Positions 22,650 through 35,334 of a stretch of 42,215 nt of DNA are shown piece after piece (the first letter of the stretch is position 1; every line of letters starts with the position of its first letter). Both the position numbers and the translations under genes were made by a program. Under the pieces are notes generated by a model. That model was not told where the DNA came from and did no database searches. It was given only the letters and a program-made list of their open reading frames with translations. The DNA is from Vicugna vicugna (Eukaryota): positions 199,985-242,199 of the forward strand of contig MU058432.1 in NCBI GenBank assembly GCA_013265495.1, written 5' to 3'.

Positions 22650-24023
22650 GACTTATCAAATGATACCAATAAGCTAATAAAAAGGGTAACTACCTCTGTT
22701 TAATATGCTTTTTGTATAGTCTTGTTTTTCTTAATCACAGCAATTTCTAAAGCAAAAATTTTACCTACCTCTAGAAAAAATCTCTTATTTTTCACTGCAT
22801 TTTGCCCCTAACTTCATGGAATTATTTCCAATTTCAGACAAATTATTTTCATGCACTAAAGGAATAATCATAAATGAGAATCAAAAGTATTCAGTTGGCA
22901 TGCCATGTGAAGAAGGTAAATCCAATAGGGCAGTTTATTGAAATCCAGCAGGATAGGAACACCTGGTGTGTATCTCTTGATGGTAAGATCAAGGTTCTGT
23001 GCCAGTTGGTAGTTACTTAACAATTTAGAACCCCAAACTCCTCCTTGCATATTAATCAGAGTAAATGTATTTTTTCCTCTAGTTTCTCACATCCCAGAAA
23101 CACTAGACACGTGAATTATTTTTATCATGAAAGCAACAGTGTCTTGATGCTACGTGTAGATTTATGGACATTCTATTTGTAGAATGATATACAGTAAAGG
23201 AGGTAATAACTGGTGAATATTCCAAACTCTTTCTGTTCATTCTCCCTGTTTCAGAAGGAAGCAGCTAAGAAGATTAGGATTCTCTAAATTCCCATCCTCC
23301 TCCAAGGCTGTTATACTTAGTCTAAATATGGTATAATTTATCCTACGATAAATTATAGCACAAAAAAACTAAATAAGAAATTTCTTTAAAAATTTTTTTA
23401 CATGTTTTATGAGCTGTGAAGTTAGGTGAACTTCTCTGGATCTTTCATGCGGATTGGCATTTGGTCTAAGTAGTTTCGATGGTCAAATAATATTGAAACT
23501 ATTGGTATTTAAACCATAGATCTCACATTCAATATTTGAAAAAAAAAAGTGTTCATTGTACTGAGATCTAATAGCACTCATTGGACCTCTGGTTGCCACA
23601 TGTGAACTATGAGTTAAGGGGTTTTGCAAAGTAAGGGAAACCCCAATTTTCCCTCCAGGATTAAGCTGGGATCCGAATTCCTCTGAGCGGGCCACATTCA
23701 GGGTTAAGGTGTTCATGCTGAAGTCTCATACCAGAATGACCAAAACACTTTGGACGGGAGACCACTTAAAAGGGCCTATGTGCTGTTTTCTTTACGTCAG
23801 CGATTGGCTCGCAGATGCATACGGGTATGAGGACATTAAACCTAAGGAGATTAAGTTATGATGTGTACGCAGTATGGAGGAGATATGCCACATGCTTAAG
23901 AAAGAGGGAAGATAATAACCGGATTCATTGCTGGAGGCCCTGGAACCTGGGGACAAAGTCGAGGAGAAACAGGGAGGGGAGGAATAACATAAAAGGGACA
24001 GAGGCATCCCCAGGCTTTCCCAT

Positions 24024-24974
24024 TTACAGCCTTCTTAGGCTCAGCCCTGATCGCGTCATACTCCGCAGAGCATCTGTGACATCTTTATTACGGAGGCTAT
24101 AAATGAGGGGGTTCAGCACAGGGGTGATGATGGTGTAAAAGGCTGACCCCATCATGTCCTGCTCAGCCGTGTGGTAGGAACCAGGAAGCATGTAGGTGTA
24201 GATGGCAGCACCAAAGAAGAGCGACACTACAATTACGTGAGAGGAGCAGGTGGCAAAGGCCTTCCTGCGGCCCTCTGCTGAGGCGATTCTGCAGATGAGA
24301 TGCAGGAGGAGGGCATAGGAGCTTGAGATGACGGCGATGGGGATGAGGAGCATGAGGACACAGCACAGGTACATGAGCAGCTTGTAGAGGGAGACGTCGG
24401 CGCAGGAGAGCTTCAGCAAGGTGGGAGCCTCACAGAAGAATTTTTCTGGACTGGCAGAAGGGGAAGCTCATGGTGATGGGGGTGAGCAGCAAACCGTCAA
24501 CCACTCCTAGGAACCAGCAAGCAGATACCAGGCATTCACAGACCCTCTGATTCATCAGCAAGGGGTAATGGAGAGGTCTGCAAATAGCAGCATATCGGTC
24601 GTACGCCATAGCAGAAAGGAGAAAAAACTCAGCTCCAGCGAGAGTCAGATAGAAAAACATCTGGATCCCACAGCCTAAGGGAGAAATTGTACGATCTCCT
24701 GTGACCTGGCCCAGGAGCATCTTGGGCACAGTCGCAGATATGTACGTGAGGTCCATGAGGGAGAGCTGGCTGATGAAGAAGTACATGGGGGTGTGCAGGC
24801 GGGGCTCCTGGTGGATCACGATGATGAGGAGGGTGTTCCCAGCGAGGGCCATCACGAAGAAGATGAAGGTCACGGTGTAGAGGAGGACGGCGTGCTTGGT
24901 TTCACCAAAGAGGCCACCAAGATGAAATCAGCATCTGATGTTTGGTTCTGCGAATTTTGCTTCCCTGAGCACAT
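24024..24974 (-). pseudogene. Olfactory receptor pseudogene, OR2T3/OR2T34-like, two frameshifts
   Basis: ATG at 24974 gives [20 protein letters not shown]; 1-bp deletion at ~24914 (restored [17 protein letters not shown]); [31 protein letters not shown]; ~8-bp deletion at ~24441 before FFCE; then [33 protein letters not shown]. Confidence 0.93.
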
Positions 24975-25684
24975 GGTCTTGGTTAACAGTTCTCACTCGA
25001 GGGAGAAAATGAGAATCATCGTTTTTTAGAATTTTCATATGCACACGAATTCCTTAACCCTTTTCCAGTAGGAAAACTGCTTTAAGCTAATTTTTCAAAT
25101 ATGAGGTTGTATCAGTGTAGAATCAAAAGTTCAAATCTCTGAGAGGCCAGGATGCAGTTTGGCTCCAAGTCTAAAGTAGATTATGAAATCAGCCTGCAGA
25201 GGTGACCACTCATGAGCTGTATACATACAAAAGGTATTATATACTCTGTAAATCGTAATTTCTCCCCAAACTGATAAAATAAAAGAGCTCATCTCTTGGC
25301 ATGGTTAGAATGCTGCAGTAGGAACCACTCGTTAAGTCTGTAACACAATGTGAGTGTTGAATGAAGTCATTCATTACTAAGTCCCTACTCCACTTTTGGA
25401 CATAGCTGCTCATCCAGGACTCAGTGATCGTATTGAAAGCTGAAACTTATGTTAATATTAACATCGTTAATGAGTTGAAAATCACTGAAGTTTGCTGAAA
25501 ACTTGAAAGCTTAAATATTTTCTGCCATCGTATATCTCCGTTAATCTGTGAACTCCCCTTCCCTTGCTAAACGATTCAGTGTATTCAACTTTTCCTTGAA
25601 TGATGACGCCCCATTAAACGGGACCATGAGGGGCATCAGAGTGGAGAGGCTGGGTAGATCAGCTCAGGCGAAGGCCTGGTGGAA

Positions 25685-26095
25685 GACAGGGCATTCAGGG
25701 TGCCAAGCTGGTGCGGGGCAGGAGGGCAGGCGTGGTGCAGACCTTTACAGGGGAGGAGAGCACTTGGGTGCAAATACAGCACAGGACGGGAGTGCAGAAG
25801 GGGTGCAGATCTGGCACAGGACAGGAGGGCACTCAGGGTGCAGACCTTGTATAGGGTGAGGACGGCAGGAAGGTTGCAGGTCTAATGCAGGGAAGGACGG
25901 CGGGGAGTAGATCTCATACAGGGCAGAAAAATCACTCAGGATGCAGACCTGCTGCAGGACAGGAGAGGTGCCGATCTAGCACAGAGGAGGGCCCTTGGGG
26001 TGCGTACCTGATACAGAGCAGGATGTTAGGAGGTGTGCAGATCTGGTGCAGGGGAGGAAGACGGAGGAGAGTCTGTGTAGGACAGTAGGGCAGCC
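25685..26095. repeat. Degenerate ~35-bp G-rich minisatellite, about 11-12 units
   Basis: Recurring ggtgcagaYct core near 25699, 25734, 25767, 25802, 25837, 25873, 25904, 25940, 25967, 25998, 26033; example unit ggtgcagatctggcacaggacaggagggcactcag. Confidence 0.85.
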
Positions 26096-26137
26096 GTCTG
26101 ATGGCTGATCCCCCTCACAACTTCAAAGTGAAATCTA

Positions 26138-26275
26138 TTTTTTTTTCTTTTTTTAGGGGAAGAGGTAACTAGGTCTATTTGTCTACTTATTTCTTAAGTG
26201 GAGGTACTGGGGATTGAACCCTGGACCTTGTGCCTGCTAGGCAGGCACTCGTACCACTGAGCTATCCCTTCCTCC
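26138..26275 (-). mobile_element. tRNA-derived SINE (camelid vic-1-like)
   Basis: Minus strand A box tagctcagtgg, B box ggttcaatcc, poly-A tail; 15-bp TSD tcaaagtgaaatcta (26123-26137) / tcaaagtgaagtcta (26276-26290). Confidence 0.93.
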
Positions 26276-26439
26276 TCAAAGTGAAGTCTAAAGCATTTAT
26301 TGTATTATGTTTCACACAGAGTTTATAAGGAAAAAACCCCCAAAAGCTACAGATGTCCTACATAGCAATTATTCAGTTGAAAAACATTTTAAATAATTAT
26401 TTTTCCTTTTGCTGTTGCATTTTACCCCCAAGTTGTCTA

Positions 26440-26522
26440 GAACATTAGGTAGTCCATGCACAGTGAATGAATAAATGACTGAGTGAGTGAGTGAGTGAGT
26501 GAATGAATGAATAATAATAAAT
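26440..26522 (+). repeat. (TGAR)n simple repeat, probable L2 3' tail
   Basis: taggtagtccatgcacagtgaatgaataaatgactgagtgagtgagtgagtgagtgaatgaatgaataa. Confidence 0.65.
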
Positions 26523-27721
26523 GAGTACACGGACCAGTTGCGTTAAACCAAACATAAAGCTACGTTCCTATAATCCAGCATAGTGATCCCCCCGGTACTG
26601 CATCTCAGTTTCCTCACAAAAGAAGTAAAATTCTCTCTTCTATAAATTAGCAGTTTTTGCTCAACAACTGCTTTGCCTGCATATTTCAATGTTTAAGTTC
26701 CCATTTGAACTGCTTGAATTATGCTTGACACAATTGTCCTAAAATGATTCTGTTAAGAAGAGAGTTAAGTTCTATATTATGGCAAAGTCAGAAGCTCCAT
26801 GTCTGACTGAGGTCTGGTCGGTCGCAGAGTTGCTGCACAGCAGGTGAGAGAAATTTGCAGAGGAAAAAAAAAATCACGTAGTCACTGAGACAAAAGGAAA
26901 TGTGAAGCAAAGTATGGTGCAGTGTAACTAGGTCAAAAAAAAAATCTAGGATTTCAGGAAATCTAAAGTCAGAATCAGACACTTTGCTCCTTATTTTTGG
27001 GGGGATTTTATAAATTTCTGAAGAGACATGTTAACAAGCCACATTCCGGCAAATAGACAAACACGGCAATTAGAGTACATACCATTGGTTCCACCTTTTC
27101 TGCTCTTCCAGAGAGTAAATCTGAGCCACATCAGCTGAATGAATCTGCTCTTACCATTCCAAGGCCAGGGAAGTTAGGTTTAAATCCTGGAGGCAGGGTG
27201 GGCAAGTTACATCATTGTGTTCTCTAGGGAGTTGATTTAAATGTCTCCTCTTGAATCCTTCATAGTATTGAACAAACATAGAAACTAATAGGACTTAGGA
27301 AAGTCAGGAGGAACTTTCATGTTTCTTATTTATTCATATTACCCCCATTTGGCATCAGTGCAACCCTGGAGTTCTCCTTTTTAAAAGACTCTCTCAGAAT
27401 CTACCGGTTTGTTTTTTTGTTTTTTCATTTGTTTTGCCCCTTACATTGTAACTTTTCACTCATGGTACACGTGGGAATTGAACTGTCTGTCATTTAAGAG
27501 CTGCAGCTGCCAAAAACCAAATGTATCTACCTTTTTCATAAAGATACTGTACATTTTTAAAGTTCAAACTTGTATTTTTCAATTTATAATATTTTTCTGT
27601 TTTTTATTTATAACATTCTCCCTCCTCTCTTTGTAAAAACACATCTGAATTTCAGAAAGGCAGTATCATGTGGAATTTTAACACCAGATGAGTTAAAACA
27701 TCTCTGAGATTACAAATACTT

Positions 27722-27960
27722 GGCAGTTCGAGATTTGTAGATACTGACAGGTAGATACAGAATAGATGAACAAGTTTATATTGTGTGGCGCAGGGGAATA
27801 TAGTCAAGATCTTGTAATATCTCAACGTGAAGAAGAGCATGAGGGCGACTATATGTATATTCATGTCTGATTGAAAAACTGTGCTGTACACCAGAAGTTG
27901 ACACAACATTGTAAACTGACTATAATAAAAATAATATAACTCAATAATAAAAAAAAACCC
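27722..27960 (+). mobile_element. L1 3'UTR fragment with TSD
   Basis: Homologous to 33095-33326; A tail; TSD caaatactt at 27713-27721 and 27961-27969. Confidence 0.9.
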
Positions 27961-28484
27961 CAAATACTTAAGAGAAAGTAGGTTGGGATTATCTAAGCGG
28001 ACTTCTCAGTTTTCATAGGCTGAAAATAATATATTGGCTCATAATCAGTTCAAACACAGGTTGTGAGCCGGTCAATTTCAAGGGCAGTGTCAGGATCCTG
28101 TATTTTTCCCTTGTGATCGCTTCCACCACTCCTATCTAAGGGTTCTATACTACGTTTCCCAGAAGCACTATCCTTTCATTATTCTAGGTTAGAGTTTTAC
28201 AAGGACAGGAGTCTCATTCAAATGAGGAAAATGGAAGTGAAATGGGGAACATAATTTCTTGTGGTCTGAGATGTGGCTTCTGCAGAAAGCGGAGATTTTC
28301 CTGATGTGGAAGTCTCACCGACATTTCTGTGAGTCTTAAGATTTAGTCCCATTTTGGGTATCCAATGCAAGTAGTTTCTCAGACAATGCCATGATTCCAA
28401 TTTCCCCACCCATGCCAGTTTCTCAAAGTCAAGTGGGACTTAGTATTTTTCCAAACTTCCATGTGACGGCTGCCAGATCTTCCT

Positions 28485-28580
28485 ATGTGACTGAAATATT
28501 GTGCTGTACATCAGAAACTGACACAGCATTACAAACTGACTTTACTTCAATAAAAATATATTTTAAAAAAAGAATAAAAG
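28485..28580 (+). mobile_element. Very short L1 3' end
   Basis: tgactgaaatattgtgctgtacatcagaaactgacacagcattacaaactgactttacttcaataaaaa matches the other L1 tails in the window. Confidence 0.8.
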
Positions 28581-31500
28581 AAGAAGGCTAACTGTTCCAT
28601 CAGATGTTTACAAGTATCATAATTAACATCAATTAAACAAGATAGTTTTTAAAACTTAGTGATAGATAATTGGAACAGAGGAGATAGGATGGAAACTTAA
28701 CCTTAATCTGCTTTGGCTCCTGGTGTAAGAATTCTATCCTGCCTTCTTGTGCAATCCCATTCCTTCCCACATGCATTGATCATCACCTAGCCCATGACTT
28801 CAGGACTCTTCTCCCTGCTGAAAGCCTGATTCAGGTACCCAGGGTTCCTGCATTGTCTCTATTTCCCTGTCTATTGGGAGACTTGAGTCCCAGACTTCAG
28901 TTCTAAGTTTCCTCTCCAACATGCCCTGCCCCAGTACCCTGAATGCATCCACAGAACTCTACTGTTAACACCTCTGTCATCACGCCTTCGCTCGGTCACT
29001 CACTACATGTCTCACCAACACTCATCAAACCCTGCTCTGCATTCTTGCTTCCCGGACTCATTCTCCATCAAACCTCCAATGGTGATGCTGATAGCCCCAA
29101 GCCTGTCATGTCTTTCCTCTCTCTCCATCTTCTAATGACACTTCAGAGTAGGATTTATCGGGAGCTAAGAGAGCCAAAGCTCTGGAGCCTCACACCCTGT
29201 GTGCCTCTAAGTGCTGACAGCTGCTGGAAGTCATGGGGTGTTGGAGTGGGAAGAGGAAGAGAGGCTTCAAGTCAGGACACAAGATGATGTGAGCATGTCT
29301 GGTAAGCTGTTCAAAGAGATGTTAAAAATGGGGACCGTTTGTTGTTATGACTGCCTTTCTTTTTCTAAATTCATGTTCACTCCTGTGAGTTTCGTGTGTG
29401 TATTTTAAAAGACCATTTCCTTAAACACACCTTGATCAACCCTGGTCCTTCTGAAGCCACTGTCCTGCAGACCTGCCACTTGGGTCCATGTGTAACATCA
29501 CTTTTTATGTTTCTCTGACTTCCTCACGCTTGGGGACATGGAAGTTCTTACTGCTGATCACACATTGTGAAAGAAAGGGGGTGCTGTCACCCAAGTACCA
29601 AGAGTCCTCACCAAACACTGGGGCCCGTGGGTCCCTCACTGCTGAGCTGCTGGAGCTGCTACATTCTGGGGCTATTAATGGGGACCCTTCCCTGCTGTGA
29701 CCCAGAGGCCTGCATCCCACCAATGCCGATGAAACTGCCTTTGGGGTCCTGGATCCTGCAGTTCCTGCGTTGGTCCTCAGGTGACAAAGGGGTTAGGACA
29801 AATCATCTGCAGCCTGAAACGGTGGAGGACACAGGGGGGCTCCAGTCCCAAATGTGAGCCTTACAAACAGAAGACATTGTCTGTACAAGGATGCCATGGA
29901 CAAAAAACAGCATGGGAAAATGTTCAACATTTTGAGAACACACGTATAGAAAAAGGCACAGAAGGGTTTGGCTGCAAGTTCCATGAAGGTGGGGCTTCTT
30001 CTGTCTTGTTCACTTGTCAATTCCAGCTGCCTGGTGTATGGTATACACTTTATCAATATTTGTAGTCTCAAAGCAGAATATAAGTATTAAGGCAGGATTT
30101 TAGTCTGAGAATAGCTTATGGTTCATTTTTGAGGCTTCTTTGTAATGGTTTCTGTTTTTTATCTTTTCCTTTGAGGATCATGTTGACATTCAAATGCAGT
30201 GCAACATTAAAGCAGCACAGACTGCAACTGAATTTCAGAAGAAAGAGTAAGATCAGTAACTTAATGAAGAGTGATCCAGATGAAGATGTAAGGAGATCAC
30301 GTCAGCTTTAGTGTCAACCACAGCACTGAATAGCGAGCTGGCTTTGACATATCAGTTGGACTAGGAGTTCCAGAGTCTGTATCTGTGAAATGTTAAAAAA
30401 CGCATCAGTACCTCACAAAATATTCTTGAAGATTAAATGAGGAGATATATACATACACACAGACACATACATATAATAAGATATGTTTTAATATGAAAGG
30501 GCTAAGGCCATATATAACTAACATACATAAACTAACATTTATTTCATAGAGAAGAAATTGCTGATAATGGTAAGACTTGAGATTACTGTTAATGTTGGTC
30601 AAGATTTCTAGTTTAATGATAAAAGGAGATTTTAAAAGACATGAGAAGAAAAGTGCCACAGAAATACATATGATTTTTCCTAGCACTCTTAATTGCAGTC
30701 TAGTTGAGGGTCCCAGAGGGAATTCATCAGCAGAAAATTGTTACCCATTTGCTAACGGGCGCAGGGATGACGTCACGCTCCTGTTTCTCCTTATACAGTA
30801 GACTGTGGCCACTTTCCATTGTCCCGACTTGATGAGGCTTTTGGCATCATCTGATGTTGGGGCCAATCAGATAGGAAGACAGGGCGACAGGACCAAAGGG
30901 TAACTATGGGCTTTGACGTGTTCCACTTGTGTCACATGTGATTAATTCTAGACCATATTTCCTCATGTTTTCTCTATCATCTGTTTCTGTGGAAAGAAGC
31001 AAATGTGTTTTTTTCCCTCGAATATTGTATATAACATTTACTTACTGCAGCGTATTATGACATGGGGTTGGATTTCTAGTTCTATGCAGACTGAGGAATA
31101 TACCTTCCTCCTTTATTATTGTATGATGAGTTTGAGACGGACATTGTACAGAAGAGAAGGCACTAATCTGACACTGAATGTGGACTATTTCTGGTAGTGA
31201 TAACGCTGACACAAATGTCTCAATATCATGTATGTTTTGCAGAAGAACGTGACAGTGGCTGGCTAATACCCAAACTGTAGGCCCTGGAGGGAAGGCTGGG
31301 TCCTGGCAAGCAGGCACTGTGTGTCGCCACAGCTGAGCTGAGACGTGAGTGCCCCTGCAGGGGACACTGTGTGACGTAGGCAGTCGCCCCAGGAATAGGA
31401 ATTATTGAACCTATAAAAGGAGAGAATAAAATGAGTAAGTGCCTCACAGTCCGCTGGGGAGAAAAACATGGTAAAGAAATAGAGCACTTGCTGGGATGCT

Positions 31501-32976
31501 GTCAGCTTCAAATAAAGACTTGATCTTATTCTCCCAGAATTATTAGTACTTTCTCTCTTGTACACACTACTTTGTTAATTTTGAGCTCAGGCACTCTTTT
31601 GTTCATGTTGAGCTCAGTCAGTGGGATAGAGGAAAGTAAGAGTGAACAGGGAAGCCGACTGTCCTGTGTGGTACGGACAGAATTCCCTCGACTGTTCGGC
31701 TTCCCAGGTGGGCTGCTCAGTGTGACTTGATCACGGAGAATCCCATTTACCAAAGTGCAACAGAGCTTTACCCAGTGCCTCCTACTTGCCCTCCGGCTCT
31801 CCCTTCATTCATTCAGCCAACAGCTCTGAGGTCTTCACATGTGCTGGTCACGGCGTTAGTTCTTACTTCAATTTGACCACAAATAGACTCAACCACCGGT
31901 GTGTCTTCAGGTGATCAGGCTGTTTTTAAATTTTGCACAGAGCTCCATTTTCATCTACCAGTGTAGGCGGAACTTGACAGAAATAATATATTTGAATGCA
32001 ACGTGTCCAGGATTTGTTAGATATTCATATTAAAGCATCAGAATAATTTTTAGTGTTGCCTACTGCTTCAGCACTCCAGAATATGGGACTGTTAATAAGT
32101 TGAATATTTAACTCATCTTTGGAATTATTGTAAGAGTGTGAAATATATTTGAAACTCGGAAATTCTTCCTGCAATAGCCCTGCATCAGAAAGATTGTAAA
32201 CTCTTCTAAGAGGGGCCAATATTTTCTTCTTGTTTGTAAGGGCTTGTAAAGTTTAACACTTTACATGTCATACATTAAAGAGTTGCAAAGGTCTAATCTC
32301 CATAAAAGAAATTGTAGGAAAAGCTATTCCTGGTTCTGTTAAGATGCATTGTGCTTCTTTTGTTCTAATTTATTTTGTACCTTTTAAAATTCTACTTAAA
32401 TCATGTTTATATAACATGCGTCCTTGAACAGAATGAGTGTGAAGTCCTTAGGGGTAACCAAGTATTATTTTTCTTTCATTTGTCTTCAGCATCCAACACA
32501 TAGGCTGTGAGCTGCAAAATAGAGGAAGAACGTTGAATTAGAGTCGTAGACTTTTCAGCACTTTTTGGTTTTCCTCTCTGCATCTCTGTTTCCATAAATA
32601 ATTGATTGCTACAGATAATAAAGCAGATGATGTTCACAGAACAACGAAAGCCTTGTCTTGTAAATGGCAGTGATCATCCCATGCTGGTTCTTCACCCTGA
32701 AATTTAGAAATAATAGTATGAGTTTTAAGAAGATGAAGTTAGAGAAGCATGTAGTAGATGGAACAGGGATAAGGTTCTCCATAAAATTCTGCTTAACCAC
32801 AGTTAAATAATAAACATATGTTATTTATTTATTTATATTCATATATTTGTATTTATATATTCATATTTATATAACTGCATATTTATGTAGGTTGTATGTA
32901 TTTACATAAATTTTAAGATTATATGTATTGTAGTCTTGGGCTACAAAAATAATCAAATTCAAGTTTTTATCTGCCA

Positions 32977-33326
32977 TCACTCATATGTGGAATCTAAAAA
33001 AAAAAAGAACATAAATACACAACAGAAACAGACTCATAGACATAGAATACAAACTTGTGGTTGCCAGTGGGAAAGGGGATGGGGAGGGACAGACTGGGAG
33101 TTCAAAATTTTCAGATACTGACAGGCACATGTACAATAGATAAACAAGATTATACTGTACAGCACAGGGAAATGTATACAAGATCTTGTGGTAGCTCACG
33201 GTGACAAAGAATGTGACAATGAATATGCGTATGTTCATGTATGACTGAAAAATTGTGCTCTACCCTGGAAGTTGACACAACACTGTAAACTGACTATAAC
33301 TCAATAAAATAAAATAAAATAAAAAA
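32977..33326 (+). mobile_element. L1 3'UTR insertion specific to arm B
   Basis: 13-bp TSD tttttatctgcca (32964-32976, 33327-33339), (TAAAA)n tail; absent from the homologous site near 5235. Confidence 0.93.
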
Positions 33327-34371
33327 TTTTTATCTGCCAGATAAAACTGGCAAACTGAAGTAATGCATCTCGTATCGTAAAGCAGTCATGGTAACAGCCA
33401 TCTCTCACATAGATTCTGCATAATAATTACTGTGCATATTAACCTGTTAACAATATATGTGCTTATTCACTTGTAACTGGTAATGATACAAGCATTCTCA
33501 TAATTTAAACTTACTCCTAACCATGTCTGAGATCACATTATTATCCCCTTTTTTATGTAGCGTGGACAAAGCAATGGTGGGTAGAGAACAATCCGGACCC
33601 AGAGCCACAGTGCATCCTCAGAGTCTGGCCTCCTCACTCGGGGTCCTTAAGGTATCTGAGGGCTTGGTCACCGGTGAAGACCCAGCCTGCTTCTGTGGAC
33701 GCATGACTGGCCCCACACAACCACAGAGCCTCAGAGCACGGCCTCAACCTGCAGGCAAAGGGAGCTCAAGGTCCTGTAATGGATTTCCTCAAATTATGTT
33801 TCCGTTACTTGCTAATTCATTTTATATGGAATGCAGCCCTAAGATTTTTTTATTTTTAAAATCCACTTGGGTCCTGAAACCAGAGAGGTTTATTCAATTC
33901 TGATTTTTATAACAACAACAACAACAACAAAAACTGTAGAAACAGGGGGTTGATTTATTTATTTCAATAATTTACTTTTTGTGTTTGCATAGGGCAGTGA
34001 TTCCGAAAATTTCTTCACATGTTGATAAATGACACTGTTGATTATCAGGAAAACTCATGACCTTGAACTTTGGCAAACTGATTATCAGTAACCAATTCTT
34101 TTGACCCATAGGTGTGAATTCCTTGTCTTTCAGTAAATTTGTTGAATTACAAGTATTTTACAATCCCCAAAGTTACACTCTCACGGCACATCTTCTGTTG
34201 GTACAACTGGCTTACTGTGCATGCATACACACACACACCCCCCCACACGCACACACACGTTCACACACACAGACACACCCACAAGCTAACCAGACATTCA
34301 GTTCAGGTGGTCGTATCCCGTGAGTGATCCATTAATCACAACTCTGTCCTTGGTGCTCTAGGTGAAACCCC

Positions 34372-35334
34372 ATGGCCAGCTCCACCTGGGCGGCCAACCA
34401 CACTGGACAGCTGGATTTCATCCTCATGGGGCTCTTCAGTCAGTCCAAGCACCCAGCTCTCCTTTGTGTGGTCGTTTTTGTGATCTTCCTGATGGCTTTG
34501 TCTGGAAACAGCATCCTGATCCTCCTGATATACTCTGATACCCACCTCCACACCCCCATGTACTTATTCATCAGCCTCTCTCATGGATGTGATGTACATT
34601 TCTGTCACTGCACCTAAGATGCTCATGGACCAGATAATGGGTGTGAGTAAGATCTCGGCCCCTGAATGTGGGATGCAGATGTTTCTCTACTTGACTCTAG
34701 TAGGTTCAGAATTCTTCCTTCTCGCTTCCACGGCCTATGACCGCTATGTAGCCATCTGCCATCCGCTCTGTTACTCTATTCTCATGAGCCATCGGGTGTG
34801 TCTCCTCTTGGTGTCGGGCTGCTGGATCCTGGGATCGGTGGATGGCTTTATGCTCACACCCATCACCATGACCTTTCCTTTCTGCAGATCCAGGGAGATC
34901 CATCATTTCTTCTGTGAGGTCCCTGCTGTCATGAAGTGTATGGTCCCTGCTCAGACACATCCCTTGAAGAGACACTCATATACCTGTGCTGTGTCCTCAT
35001 GCTCCTCATCCCTGTGACAGTCATTTCAAGCTCCTATTCTTTCATCCTCCTCACCATCCACAGGATGAACTCAGCAGAGGGCCGGAAGAAGGCCTTTGCC
35101 ACGTGCTCTTCCCACATGACTGTGGTCATCCTCTTCTACGGGGCTGCTGCCTACAACTACATGCTCCCTAGCTCCTACCACAGCCCTGAGAAGGACATGG
35201 TCGTATCTGCCTTTTATACCATACTCACTCCTGTGCTAAACCCTTTAATTTATAGTCTGAGGAATAAGGATGTCACGGGGGCTCTAAAGAAGTTGTTGAA
35301 TGAGGTGTCTGTCTTTCAGAAAACTGTAAAGTAA
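34372..35334 (+). pseudogene. Olfactory receptor pseudogene, OR2T29/OR2T5-like paralog of 3419-4390
   Basis: 5-bp deletion after 34576 (agttg missing vs paralog) leading to TAA at 34615-34617; net +5 replacement at ~34937-34945; MAYDRY changed to TAYDRY; remaining OR motifs intact. Confidence 0.95.

Noticed and set aside
25685..26095. CRISPR-like array
   Set aside because: Units are contiguous degenerate tandem copies without unique spacers; mammalian context with no cas genes
34372..35334. Functional rescue of the pseudogene by compensating frameshifts
   Set aside because: A TAA at 34615-34617 lies between the two indels, and the ATG at 34583 gives a product lacking TM1 that terminates at 35017
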